DNA of 64,000 nucleotides from the human T2T-CHM13v2.0 reference genome, Homo sapiens: the NCBI RefSeq assembly GCF_009914755.1, contig NC_060929.1; one strand, written 5' to 3'. How positions within the stretch are numbered: the first letter of the stretch is position 1; every line of letters starts with the position of its first letter. Positions 15,022 to 29,320 of this stretch are shown here, piece after piece. The translations under genes were made by a program, and so were the position numbers. The notes below the pieces were generated by a model that had not been told where the DNA came from, ran no database searches, and worked only from the letters and a program-made list of their open reading frames with translations.

Positions 15022-16562
15022 CAATAAAGGGTGGGGGGAGGAGAGGATTCAAAGAACAGAGTAGTCAATCTTGCCCAGAATTTTCAAAGAAAATTCCTTA
15101 TAGGCAATGCGATATGGTCTACATAAGGCTTAAATAAGTGTAGAGAGGTAGAGAAGAAAGAAATATTTATCAGTGAGGAAAATGGCCTGAGTAAGATACA
15201 GGTAATTCAAGAGACTATGAATCCGATCAGGGATTTTTGTTTGTTTGTTTTTGTTATTTCTTGGAGAAAAAGATGATAGAACTGATGTTGAAGGATAAAG
15301 TTGGGAGGGAAAAAATTAGACAGAATGTGGAGGGCTATAACAAGAGCCAGCTAATATATTTTAGAAAAAATATCATGTCACAATATACAGCACACACAAG
15401 AAATAGGAGACCTATGAGTATGTGTCTAGAAAAGACAATACTACCAACATTTTCATGAAGATATTTCTGCTTACATAACTGGTGCATCAGTTTGCTCTGT
15501 CACTGAAATTTTCTTCCAACCTGTGGAAATCTCCGCCATGGACAACAAGCTTCTTAACTTTTCTATGCATAGAATTACTGCTGATGCCTGTCGGCATCAA
15601 TGTTTAATATTTGCCTAGACTTATGGCCATGTCTAAACCATAGTACATATGAGCCAAAAGTAGATCAAGTAATAAAATTCAACATGACTGTGTAACCCTG
15701 ATAAAGATCAAGAGAGAAAAGCTATGTTTTCACTCATTTGCATGTTGACATTGTTAACACGTGGACATCATCTTTTCCCATAACAAATGCATGCACATAA
15801 CATAGTAAGTCTCCATCTCTCAAAGTTGTTTCATGTGATTCTCTATTAGGCAGCAGCTGGTTTTTATTCAAGCATATTTGATTAATCTTTAAAAATCACC
15901 AGATTCCCCCATTCTACTTTCATCCACAAACAGTTTTTAATTTCCCAATAAAGTATATCAGTATGACTAGAACACTCACATATTATCTATGTGCATTCAG
16001 TTTTACTTGCCAGTTGTAGAATGCTGGTGCTGGATAAGCATTTGTAAACTGAGAAATACAATTGCAAAAACAAACACATACAAAGCCTTTTAGCAAACTG
16101 GTGGATGCCTGTGGAGCTGCCATCCTCAGATGATGCATCCAGCTCATTCATGCCTCCAACTGGAACAGCATTAAACAAAAATGCGCCGGATTCAGGTCCA
16201 AATAGCGGTACATGCTAGCAACAAATCCTGTGTACCTTCTTCTTCCCTCCCTCAAATGGCAACATTTCAAGCTAAAATAGCTTTTTTAAAAAAAGACAAC
16301 AAATTTTTCATTACACCGTATCACCAACAACTGACTTGCTGTAATGTCAAATATATTCAAATTGGCAGGATCAGTTACACGTGGGTAAGGATGCATCCTT
16401 AAATTTTAAAGCAGACATTTAGTAATTTTAATTTATCATTTTAATTTTACCTGGGTGACTCAAATACCTTAAATATGGATTATTAAAACTTTCTTTTTGA
16501 AAATTAAAACATTTTTTAGAAGGACATTTTCTACTATTACATTAAGTTTTAAGTATGTCAAA

Positions 16563-17215
16563 GGGAAGGGCACAATGTCACCCTTCTCTTTGCATAGCAA
16601 GAGTGACCTTTACTCCAGTTCCCACCAAGTTCCTCATCTCCATCTGAGACCACCTCAGCCTGGACTTTATTGTCCATATCACTATCCGCATTTTGGTCAG
16701 AGCCATTCAACAAGTCTCTAGGAATTTTCAAACTTTTCCACATTTTCCTGTTTTCTGAGCCCTCCAAACTGTTCCAGTTTCTGCCTGTTACCCAGTTGCA
16801 AAGTCTCCTCCACATTTTTTAGTATCTTTACAGCAATGCCCCATTAGCCAGTACCAATTTACTACATTAGTCTGTTCTCTGCCAGTAATAAATACATACC
16901 CGAGACAGGGTGATTTATAATGGGAGGAGGTTTAATGGATTCACAGTTCCACATGGCTGGGGAGGCCTCACAATCATGGCAGAAGGCCAAGAGGAAGAAA
17001 GACACATCTTACATGGTGGCAGTCAAGAAAGCTTGTGTAGGGGAACTCCCGTTTATAAAACCATCAGATCTCATGAGGCTTATTCACTACCATGAGAACA
17101 GTATAGGGGAAACTGCCCCATGACTCAGTTACCTCCACCTGGTCCTGCCCTTGACACGTAGGGATTATTACAATTCAAGGTGAGATTTGGGTGGGGACAC
17201 GGCCAAATAATATCA
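16563..17215 (-). mobile_element. THE1 provirus remnant: 5' LTR (16863-17215) plus ~300 bp internal sequence
   Basis: LTR core CACAGTTCCACATGGCTGGGGAGGCCTCACAATCATGG. The LTR/internal junction is GTACCAATTTAC. ORF 16558..16815 (NWVTGRNWNSLEGSE..MWKSL) is typical of MaLR internal sequence. Confidence 0.9.
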
Positions 17216-17822
17216 GGCCTCAAACAATTTAGGAAGTTTATTTTGCCAAGGTTAAGGATGCAAGCCCAGGAGACAGGTCTATGCCTTTCTCCCAAGATGA
17301 TTTTGAGGACTTCAATATTTAACCAGGAAAGAGCAGATATTTAGGAAAGAGGAAGAAATGTTTAAAATGTGTGGATAGATAAGAGATAAACAGTTGCCTT
17401 CTTCTGAGTCTTCGATCAGCCTTTCAAAGAATATACAATTTACATGTCAGAGAGGAGTAGAGGAATCTTCACTTATGACTTCTACCTTAGTGAATCTGCA
17501 TTTTTACATCAGAGGAAGCAATCAGTTATGTATTTGTCTCAGGTGAGCAGAGGGATGACTTAGAGTTCTCTTCTTTGTCCCACACCTGTGAAGATAAGCT
17601 ATCAGTTTACATTGTCAGGGTAAAATTCAACAGAACTCTTTCAGGGTAAAGATCTTGGGACCCACAAGGAATCTTCTAGGGGGAAATATGTAGCTCTTTT
17701 ATCTTTGTAGATATCTTATTTAGGAATAAAATGTGAGCCAGGTTTGCCTCATGCAGTGTCCAGCTTGACTTGTCCCTTTGGGTTAGTGATTTGAGGGTCA
17801 TGAGATTTATTTTCTTTTCACA
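17216..17822 (-). mobile_element. MER4-group ERV1 LTR lacking its last ~20 bp
   Basis: AAGTTTATTTTGCCAAGGTTAAGGA...GAGATTTATTTTCTTTTCACA. Homologous to 30878-31718. Confidence 0.85.
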
Positions 17823-18820
17823 AATAAAAAGAAAAATCTGTCAGATTGCCATTGCAATCTGAAGATGCTTAGAAGATTCTGGAAGAGCTAGTCTATCAAC
17901 TACTGCAGACATTAACCTTTGGTTTTCTTTTGTTTCCATAGAAATGTCTTTTATGAAAGATCTGTTTGCCTGTACCATATATAGAGACTTAGGCCATTTA
18001 TTTGCAGTGCCACCTCCTGGAATGGGACACTGTCGTTTAACTGAACTGATCTATTCTCAGGACCAAGAGACTGACTAGAAGATATGGCATGATATATTTA
18101 AATTTGCTCTTTTCTGCTTATCCCAATTTGTCTTTCAACTCCTTTGTCTATTTGTATCAGACAACCTCTAACCTATAGCTCTTCAAATCTATCAGTGTGG
18201 CTTTTAGTATGTAAAACTTTTTTAAGTTTCAAAGAGCGGACTGAAGGAAATCAAAATATTTTACCCCGAAATGTATTTCTTTGACATATTTTGTGATGGC
18301 TGCCAGAGGGCCAGCAAATAGAAGGGGCCCTGTAAAACTGTCTTTTGCATCTGTAGAGAATCTCCTATCATACAGCAAGGCCTTCCCTTGTCTGGATCTA
18401 GGAAAGATGAACTGAGAATCTTACAGATTTAAAGATTTGGGAAAAAAAACAGACAAAAACACTTACCATATATTATTTCTGAGGGCTGTGACCTATGAGG
18501 TTTTATCTACATAACAAGATTACTTTTACTAGTCAAGTCTCCTCTTCTCTCTCTCCCATAACCTGTCTTGCCATGTGATTTATCACCCTAACCGGTTTTA
18601 GGTCATGTTCCAAGTTCCCAGTCTTTCTCTAAATTGAAGATAGCATGTAAGTTTCTGCACCTTATTGGGGTATTGGGTTCTTCATTCTGAAGGCTCCTGT
18701 GTCATGAAAAACTATCATCAAATACATGTGTATGCTTTTTTTCCTATTAATCTGCTTTTGTGAGTTGATTTTTCATTGGACCTTCTGAAGCAAAGGGGAA
18801 GCTTTTCCTCTGCCCCTATA
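17823..18820 (+). mobile_element. ERV1 3' internal remnant plus LTR (MER39/MER34-like; LTR 18242-18820)
   Basis: Polypurine-tract-like AAAGAGCGGAC directly precedes TGAAGGAAATCAAAATATTTTACCCC. The end is TTTCCTCTGCCCCTATA. Confidence 0.75.
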
Positions 18821-21297
18821 GAGAGAAGAGAAAAAAAAAACCTAGAGGGTTTCATTACAAAATACCAACTTCCCTCGCCTCATTAAGCACTGAGATAAGA
18901 GAATTTCAGGTTTGATTTTCTAATCATTCTCTTCTGATTGCACTTGGAAATATCCCCTGCTGTTGCCTGAAAAATTCCTAGCAATGTTCTAAACACAGAG
19001 GACCAAAAAAACCTTTGTCTGTTTGTATTTGTCTATAACTAAAGTAAAAACAAGTTTTCCTTTAGTTTGGCTTATATTGTCAACAAGAATTAATTAGTAT
19101 TCTAGTTATTACAGGGAAAGTTTAGCTTCCCAATCTAAGAAGAATGTGCTGCTATTCAAAGCTATTATGGCTCCCCATGCAGAAAACTTACATTACAGTA
19201 TAAACATATGGCTGGTCATTGTCTGGTAGTCCCTCCAGTTACCCTGTTTAACATTCTTTTGTGAGCATTTCTAAATATTGGCTTTATGCTTAAAATGTGC
19301 TTAAAGAGAAAACACTTTTTCCTTTCTAATACTTGTGAAGTCAGTCAACTAGGATTTACAAACCAAATTAATATATCCCTGGAGGTCCTCACCAATAAGA
19401 AATAAAAACATTAAGAAACAAACTTACGAAGCAGAAACCTAAAGCAATTGTCATGTAACCAAAAGCTGAGGGCTTTTTGGAAAATTGGGGGATATCTTTT
19501 AGACTCAGCATCATCAAATCCTTCACAACTTTAGAAAGTGTTAGCACAATTGAAATTATAGATGATCCTTGGATGAAATGTACTGAATTATAATCTATGA
19601 AATTAAAACTTGATAATTAAGTCTATCTCTAAAGTCTCTTTGTTATAATGTATTCAAAATATTTTTTCATTCAAAAATATTTAAATTGCATCTTTTTCAA
19701 GAACTTATCTAAACCCTGATGGTTTACTCACAACAGATATTACTCAAAGCTTCAAGAGGGCCATATGTGCTCTAATTTAGAAACTCCACATTTTGGGGGA
19801 ATTTCTGGAAACGTTTTGTGCTCTTGTTCACTTATAATAACTTTATGCAAAATAGGTTATCACTGTTAATTACCTTGACGTGACTCGTATTGTGAATTTT
19901 AAAGAGGATAAAATAGATAAGCTCTGGAGAACTTCAAACACTTGGAGGTACAATTTAAAAGAAATGGGGTCGATAAGAATTAAGGAGGTAGAAATATTTA
20001 GTAACTGAAAACACGCAGGTGTATTGACTTAGAGAAGAATCTAGGTATGAAATCTACTTAATCACACAAGTCCCAGACCAATAATTACTGTTATATATAA
20101 TTATTACAAAGAAGAGATTATCACTTGTCCTAATACTTTGAAAATTTGCCAGTAATTGTATGTTTCTCCTCTAATGAGAAGCCTTAGCATGTATGTGCTA
20201 TCCAATCTCAAAGGAAATGAAAACTAAAAATGGTTCCAATCCAGGGAAAGATTACAAATAGCATTTCTTGATGTGAATGTGGTTTTCTTAAATTTATAAT
20301 CAGAACCCATTGGAAGTATTTCAGACACAGGTGAGAAATGTTCCTACAAAATGTGGGGAACAGAAGACTCATCTGTTATCTCCGCCTTCACCATCCATAG
20401 AAATTTCTAGGGTCAGACACACAGGTTAATAAATACATTGCAGTGGAGATTTTTCAATGTGAGATTATTAGGTATGTATCCAACCCCTGCTGCTTTCAGC
20501 CCCAGGTTTGAGAGGTGGGTCATATGCTCTTGCTTAAGTTTACCAGCTCAGTGGTATTTCAGCAGAATGGACCACCTGTCAGGCAGAAAATGTGACCCAG
20601 TGGGAGGTCTGCACTAGCATCAAAAGTTATCATGAAACTTGTTCATTTGTCTTCTTTCTATATTTAATCAGCGTTAGGAATGTTGGAACATGGTAGAAAT
20701 GAAACACATAGCATTTTTCTTCTTAAGTGAGCATATTGTAGAGTTTGGGAGCCCTAGATTCTTCTCACAGGAGTGACTGTGAGCTGTCAGGAAGTAGCTT
20801 TCAAGCACAGCAGGAACCTTAATGAACAGTGGGAATAATATCTCCATATGTGACTGTGAAGACTGAGAATAAAAGGAAGATAATAGCAAACGAATGATAT
20901 TATTGAAAACATGATTTTAAGTGGAACTGTTGAAATGTGTTCCACTTTGGGGAGGCGGCAACAATTTGTTACAGCACACAAACCAGCAAGCATTGTTTTT
21001 ATTGTGTTCTTATGAATTTGTGATAAGATGCCAAGGTCTGAACATATGAAAAAGCTAATATGATAAATAGAAAGATTAATGTCTTCAGGAAAATGAAGTA
21101 GTAGGTGTTTAAGAGCATATGAAAAATTTTAATAATTTTTTTGTATCTGAAGCTTGTGATGTTTTGATAAATAAAAAGTAAGACATAAAGTAACTTGATT
21201 CGACTTTGCAATATATTTACCTTATTAACAATAGCTCATTGAAATTCAATGGCTATTCAGAACTTGAGACAAAAACAAAAGGTAATGGGTCTCCAAC

Positions 21298-21925
21298 TCT
21301 CAGAGGCCTTCAAACCAGAGCAACTCCATCTTGAATAGGGGCTGGGTAAAATAAGACTGAGACCTACTGGACTGCTTTCCCAGGAGGTTAGGCATTCTTA
21401 GTGACAGGATGAGATAGGATGTCTGCATAAGATACAGGTCACAAAGGCCCTGCTAATAAAACAGGATGCAGTAAAGAAGCCGGCCCAAACCCACCAAAAC
21501 CAAGACGGTGCTGAAAGTAACCTCTGGTCGTCCTCACTGCTCACTATACACTAATTATAATGCATCAGCATGCTAAAAGGCACTCCCACCAATGCCATGA
21601 CAGTTTACAAGTGCCATGGCAATGTTCAGAAGCTACCCTATATAGTCTAAAAAGGGGAGGATCTGCAGTTCTGGGAAATCTCTGCCCCTTTCCCCCTGGA
21701 AAGCTCATGAATAATCCACCCCTTGTTCAGCATATCATCATGAAATAACTGTAAGTATACTCAGTCAAGCATCCCATACCACTACTCTGCCTATGGAGTA
21801 GCCATTATTTTCTTACTTTCTTAATAAACTTGTTTTTACTTTGTGGACTTGCCCTTAATTATTTCTTGCATGATATTCAAAAACCCTCTCTTGGGGTCTG
21901 GATGGGGACCCCCTTCCAGGAAACA
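21298..21925 (+). mobile_element. MER41B solo LTR (ERV1)
   Basis: CAGAGGC..AACCAGAGCAACTCCATCTTGAATAGGGGCTGGGTAAAATAAG start and CTCTCTTGGGGTCTGGAT..GGACCCC end. About 630 bp. Confidence 0.9.
21669..21677. promoter_or_regulatory. GAS (STAT1) consensus TTCTGGGAA within MER41B
   Basis: Matches TTCN3GAA at the position of the known tandem GAS sites of MER41B. Function is not demonstrated. Confidence 0.5.
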
Positions 21926-22230
21926 ACTGGTGGTCATGGAATGGTAGTATATAAAAATTTACATAAAAAGCTAATGTCAGAAAGAAAAGTGTAAGGGGTC
22001 TGAAATGTTTTTAATTTAAAAGGCAGTTTTCCTTTGGTCTTCCCAAATGACACTTCTTAGGCTCTTATCCTTCTTTAGGATAAGGTTCTTAACATACCTC
22101 AGGGATCAAAACACTACTCAGTTTCTTGGAGGATAACACATTTGACTCTACCCATAGCTTGGGTGTGGTTCCCAGGAAGTCAACCTTGAGGACTGGATGT
22201 GCTTGCAATTGATTTATTAAGGATGTGAGG

Positions 22231-22585
22231 TGTATTAGTTTGTTTTCACACTGTTGATAAAGACATACCAGAGACAGGGCTATTTATAAAAGAAAGAGGT
22301 TTAATGGACTTACAGTTCCACATGGCTGGGGAAGCCTCACAATCATGGTGGAAGGCAAGGAGGAGCAAGTCACTTTTTACATGGATGGCAGCAGGCAAAG
22401 AGAGTGTTTGTGGCAGGGAAATTCCCCCTTATAAAACCATCAGATCTGGTGAGACTTATTCACTATCACAAGAATGGCAAAGGAAAGACCTGCCCCCATG
22501 ATTCAATTACCTCCCACCAGGTTCCTCCCACAACATGTAGAAATTCAAGATGAGATTTGGGTAGGGACAGAGCAAAACCATATCA
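22231..22585 (-). mobile_element. THE1B solo LTR, inserted in an older LTR33-like remnant (~22150-22790)
   Basis: TGTATTAGT..TTTTCACACTG.TGATAAAGACATACC start and AAACCATATCA end. About 355 bp. Confidence 0.9.
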
Positions 22586-22796
22586 GGAAGCCAGGAAAAA
22601 CTGAGGAAAGAAATGGGTGAAGTAAGGACAGTGAAGAGGAAAAAGAAAAGCAGAAGCAAGACTGCAGAAAGAGACCTAACTTCAATGCAATAGTAGAGCA
22701 CAAGTTTGGAGTGTTAATTATGCCTCAGCATTTGTCCTTAAAGTCAAAGGAGATGGGCTGTGCTGGTCCCACTCTAATACTTGAATATAGGCTCAA

Positions 22797-24079
22797 TCCA
22801 GCTGGAACTATAGGTGTGTACCACCACACCAAGTTATTATTATTATTATTATTATTATTATTGAAGTTCTAGGGTACATGTGCACAACGTGCGGGTTTGT
22901 TACATATGTATACATGTGCCATGTTGGTGTGCTGCACCCATTAACTGGTCATTTACATTAGGTATTTCTCTTAATGCCATCCCTCCTCCCTCCCCCCACC
23001 CCACGACAGGTTCCAGTGTGTGATGTTCCCTGCCCTGTGTCCAAGTGTCCTCATTGTTCAATTCCCACCTATGAGTGAGAACATGAGGTGTTTCGTTTTC
23101 TGTCCTTGCAATAGTTTGCTCAGAATGATGGTTTCCAGCTTCATCCATGTCCCTACAAAGGACATGAACTCATCCTTTTTATGGCTGCATAGTATTCCAT
23201 GGTGTATATGTGCCACATTTTCTTAATCCAGTCTATCATTGATGGACATTTGGGTTGGTTCCAAGTCTTTGCTATTGTGAACAGTGCCACAATAAACATA
23301 TATGTGCATGTGTCTTCATAGGAGCATGATTTATAATCCTTTGGGTATATACCCAGTAATGGGACGGCTGGGTCAAATGGTATTTCTAGTTCTAGATCCT
23401 TGAGAAATCGCCACACTATCTTCCACAACGGTTGAACTAGTTTACACTCCCACCAACAGTGTAAAAGCACTCCTATTTCTCCACATCCTCTCCAGCACCT
23501 GTTGTTTCCTGACTTTTTAATGATCACCATTCTAACCAGTGTGAGATAGTATCTCATTGTGGTTTTGACTTGCATTTCTCTGATGACCAGTGATGATGAG
23601 CATTTTTTCATGTGTCTGTTGGCTGCATAAATGTCTTGAGAAGTGTCTGTTCATATCCTTTGCCCACTTTTTGATGAGGTTGTTTGATTTTTTCTTGTAA
23701 ATTTGTTTAAGTTCTTTGTAGATTGTGGATATTAGCCCTTTGTCAGATGGGTAGATTGAAAAAATTTTCTCCCGTTCTATAGATTGCTTGTTCACTCTGA
23801 TGGTAGTTTCTTTCGTTGTGCAGAAGCTCTTTAGATTAATTAGATCCCATTTGTCTATTTTGGCTTTTGTTGGCATTGCTTTTGGTGTTTTAGTAATGAA
23901 GTCCTTGCCCATGTCTATGTCCTGAATGGTATATATATATTATTTTTAGCAGAGACGAGACTCTACTAAAGGCCAGGCTGGTCTCAAACTCCTGGCCTCA
24001 AACTACTAACCTCAAGGGATCTTCCTGCCTTGGTCTCCCAAAGGGCTGGGGATACAGGCATGAGTCACCACTCCCACCC
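22797..24079 (-). mobile_element. AluJ split by the L1PA: right-arm remnant 22797-22834, left arm ~23940-24079
   Basis: AGCTGGAACTATAGGTGTGTACCACCACACC lies left of the L1. GGCTGGTCTCAAACTCCTGGCCTCAA...ACAGGCATGAGTCACCAC lies right of it. Confidence 0.75.
22835..23931 (-). mobile_element. L1PA 3' end (~1.1 kb, 5'-truncated) with (TAA)n tail
   Basis: ORFs 23153..23611 and 23532..23912 are ORF2 C-terminus ([17 protein letters not shown]). Primate-type 3' UTR. Confidence 0.95.
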
Positions 24080-26766
24080 ATAGCATTCTTAACATACTAG
24101 TGCCACTTACCAATCAGCTAACCACTTTCTTCTGTTCCATCTGTATACAAGAAAATTGAAATAAAATATATAACTGCATCAGAACAATTATTTTTTATGC
24201 AGTGTATATGAATCCTTGTTAAGTTGCTACATTAAAGTACTGAAAAAGAAAATATTAACAAGTAAAAACAAATTGTAAGATAGAAATGTGCTATGAAAAT
24301 ATGAACAGCAATAAAACTGGCTTGGGATCATGGTCTATATGAAGGTATGTCTTTGTGGCCTTACCCCTTTCCTTGACTTTTTCATGTGTATTTTCTTCAG
24401 GTAAAAAGTACAAAATGAACGTATCAATCCTCTCACCTGGAAATTAGCCTTTAAAGTATACAGAGCTAGTTCGAAAAATGTGTGGTTCACTCGAAATAGT
24501 TAGTTCTTCAGAATTCTATTCTACATAATATTACCTTTATTGAACAATAATTCACTTTGTAAAATTTAAGCCAAATTTCATATTCCGTTCTGAGATCTTT
24601 AACAAAGAATGAAAGAGATAGAAAATGTGCTATGTAAGAAACTTTTCTCTAGGTCACTTCACCCTACACATGTACTGTCATCTAGACAAGCGCTATTTCA
24701 CTGTAAGAAATAAAATCCCCACTCTGGCTGTGTGACTGTCCCCAGTGATCATTTGCTCCTGTGATGCCCTTCACATTCAAGCCTTAGCACAGACAATCTG
24801 GTCACTTCTTGGGAGTCCATAATGCCCCCAGGACAGAGTAAGAGGCCTGGCATTATTCCAGTTCATATAATTGCACTCTTACTACCTAACATTTCCTCAT
24901 ATTTCCAATTAAATATGGCACTTCATTTTATCAAATCCCTATGTGCCAGTGAACAGTTGTTATGTTCTAATTTGTTCTTCACCTCATGACAGGTAATGTT
25001 TACAAAGTCTGTAAATTTACAACCTTAAATGACACTATGTAAATATGAACAAATCAATTTCATCCCAGATCTAACTTTGACCATTTATGAGGGAGTTACA
25101 GGCCTTCCAAGCTTCTTTCAGAACATCAGTAGTTTGCCTGGAATCATATTTGAGCATTGTCCCAAATTTTGATGTCAAGTGACCTTTCCTGTTTAATGGA
25201 AAAAATAAAAAATTTTATACCCAGGGAATCGAATCTAGATAGATTGTTGGTTACAGGAAGTAAATGATGAAAGCACATCACGTAATAATGGAAGAGGCCA
25301 TAAAACCCCATAAATGTCACTGCTTTCTAGGTAATTATACCGAATGAAAGACAGACTAGCTCATTGATGAGTTTACCCCTGTATACTTTCAACTCAAAAG
25401 AAATAACTGTGGCTCTAACACAAAAATCTTAGCGAGGATTTCTGGTCTCATAGACTAACAACATTTAATCATAGACCACATTTATAAAGCTATCTTACAC
25501 TTCATTTCAAATATCTACACTTTAAACTGTCTAGAAACACTTCGTTCAGCTCAATTGTCCCAAGGACCTTTAGTGATGACATGTGGGTAAGGCACCAACT
25601 ACAACAGGTAACAATGATTTTTATGCTCTTTGTGGTGTTTAAATAATTCTTAGTCTGTAATCAAACAAGTTGAATGCAAACATACTATTTTATTTGATTC
25701 TTTTTGCCATGTCTGAAGATCTTCTCCTTGCAGTTAAAGTATAAGGCCCTTAGGCTATATTTCTATATTTTTTTAGCTTCTAGTGGAATTTAGGGCATGA
25801 GGTACATGTAACATGGGTACATACAGACGAAAAAAATATCTGGCCATTGGAGTTAACTGATTTGAGTAATCACAGCCAGTAATGGAAATACCAAATCAAA
25901 TTGTAAGTTTTCTGATTCAGTATACAGTACGCTTCCAACTCCATTGCAGAATTCCTCCTGAGAGAGGGAGTTTGTCCTTAAGCATTCTCAGCTGCTTTCT
26001 GGCTCACCTTTCGGGATAGAATATTTCATGAGGTAGAGCATGCTATTTCAACTCCAAACAGCTTTACTGATTGGAGAATGAACCTTTTGATAGAGGGGAT
26101 GGACATTAGAGATAAATCTTATTGGTACATAGCATCACTAGGGGCTTTTCTGACTGGCTAGGAAATCCACTCCAATGTAGACATAGAACAAAAGCTTATT
26201 CACTTTTAGGCAGAATCTAATCAGTAACACTGCAATCACCAGCTGCATCTCAGTGTTGGGTATTTGCAGCACATTAGTCCTTGGGGCAATTAAAATGTAG
26301 CAAGAAGCAACATTTCATCTTTGTGTAGAACAAAGCCTGGCAAAGAGTATGTAATCAATACATGCTCACTGATTTTGATTGCATTGCTCTCTGGAATCAT
26401 AACATTTCTAATACGCTTATATACTCATTCAAGGAAATATAATACAGAAACATTAGAGGGAGGATGTGGGATGAGTAGTTTCCACTTAGGAGTACTACAG
26501 AGATGCTGCAATTTTGGAGAATAATTGAGTTTTAGTGATGGCTGGGAACACATAGAGCCCATTGGGGAAAAAAGATCAGGATGGGATAATTTTGTTTACC
26601 AAGAGCCTATATTCCTGAAGATATATAAGGATTAAAAACGGAAGTAGATTTTACATATCAGACCATATATCATACACCCCACATGCAGTACCTTCTGTGG
26701 TCATTGAAGCAAGCTCATGAAGTAAGTACTGATTTCTATCCTATAAAGCTAGAAAATACATTGCAA

Positions 26767-27060
<294 letters not shown>

Positions 27061-29320
27061 AATTGCAAAAAAAAAACCCCACCTAGAATTCACAAACAAG
27101 TCTTTCTTACATTAAAACTCTTAATCTTACAGTTTATCCTGCCAATAATGAAACACAAGACAATATTCAGATAAGTTCATAAAAATGTATGTCAGTTATA
27201 TTTAATAAAGTGATTTTCTAAAAGTATATAGGGGTATGTTGTGAATTTAAGAGCTGAAGTGCAATTTTTAAGGGAAGAAGATTGAGATGGAAATCCAGCA
27301 GGGTTAAATACCTCTCAAGGTTCAAATGGCTCAGCCCAAGGCTGCCTATCAGCAAAGGCCAAAACTCTGAAATGGTCCTCTAGAGAGTCCTGTGAATACT
27401 GGTGAGTTGTTTAGGTTTTCTTCCATATACCCCTCCCTAGCTGGATGGAAATGGGGAACAACTAACTTGAGAAAGTCCAATCTGGGTAGTGGGCATGAGG
27501 AAGCTTTGGGTCCTACATGTACTGTGAGAAGTTTGAAAAGACCAAAACTCTGAAGTTTCCTCATCAATTACAGAGAAAGGAAAGAAGAGCTCTGGCTACA
27601 ACCTCAAATTCAGTAGATTTTAACCCTGGCTGTGTTTTAACCCTTGAATTAGCTGGAGAGAATAAATATTGTTTTGGTGTTTCAGTCTCAAAGATTCTGA
27701 TTTTAATTTGTCTATAGTGAAGGAAAAGCTCAGATTTTTGGTTTTTGTTGTTGTGTTTCTCCCCCCTTAGTAATTAGCTTTGAAAGCTAAGTTGGAGAAC
27801 AATTCATAATTATTTCCCTCATTGTGAATGGGAAGGTAAGTTTATGAGCTATTTCAGAACCCCAAGAAAAGTATGAACACAATCATTGAAGTAGATAATT
27901 TTAAATAGCTCGAAACTATATTAAAAACCCCAAACACTAGAACAGACAATTCTACATTGCAAAGAACCACATAAGAAAAAGCATTACAATTTTAAAGAAG
28001 AAATCAATCTAAATGTCACTTTTGAGAAGAACATTCTGATTTGGGTCAAAGAGATAAGCAGTTTTATTAACCTGCATGTAAAGTTTAGAAAGTTAGAAAA
28101 AGGTAACATCAAAGGTACATAACCAAAGGAGGAAACCCTATTCTTTGGAAATATTGATATTTTCCTTTGTCTTCTTGTGTTATTTGATTAGAAAACTTTT
28201 AATCTTTCTATTGAGTATTGTGATAACAGAAATGAAAAAAAGTGGTTAAGGGACTGCTTGTAAGTTACAGACAGAGAAAAGAACTTAACAGCTGGTTTGG
28301 TAAAAGACAATTAATTTTCAAAACATACATTTATTTTTACTGTACAGCAAACCATTTTAGGGACTAAAATCCCTTGTTCTTAATAAGATATAGAAAGCAC
28401 ATTCTAGCCATTCTACCTCTAAACGTGTTGCAAAATTTGGATGTTTTTTAAAAACATTTTGCAATGCAAGGCAGAAATAATTAGATTCAGCCTTCTACTA
28501 AGATTATCAGTTTTCCCATTTGGTTATTGAAGGCTTAATTTTGGCAAATCACCACACCACAAGAGAGACAGAGGCTTTAGTAGTAAGTATGTACATTTGC
28601 AGCTATGTTAAATTTAGTAAATCCCTGAAAATTAATATGTTCTGCCTGCTGAGAGAAAGCTCAACCAAGATATTTACAGACACTTGGCATTGTTCACTTT
28701 GAGAAGCTCTACTAACCAAGCATTTGCCAGCTTTATTAATTCTTCCTGACTGTTGGGTTTTCCCGATTGTTTATTTGTTTGCTACCATTAGCAGACTTCT
28801 TTATAAATCCTCTCAATGCTGCCATATGTTGCCGCCTACCATCAGTCACAAGTGGACTGGAGCAGCCAGCAGAGGAAATTGAATTATGGCAGAATTGAGG
28901 AAGAATGTAGCTATTTCTTTCTTACTGAAATACAATTTGTTCTTTTCAGCTGGTGATATGGAATTAAGAATTGTGCAATGAAACAATTGTGGTACCCATC
29001 CAAATGGACTGTTGACTTTTTATAGAAGTTGAAGAAGAAAACATCTCATAGCTCATGTGCCAGCATTATAATAGTCATTTTCAATGTGTTTCTTTATATT
29101 TTAATCCCAAATTGTAAATAATCTACAAGTTTTGAAAATATTATTTTTTTGAAAATGTTTCTGAGTAAATCTTTAGGCAACTAGATTGCTTTGTTGTTAC
29201 TGATTGTTTTAATAAGAAATCACCACAATTAAAAATTTTTCTTACAATCAAGAGAAATCTATTGAAGGATCTTCAACAATATTTATGAATATATATAAGA
29301 TAATATTTTTTAAATACTAA

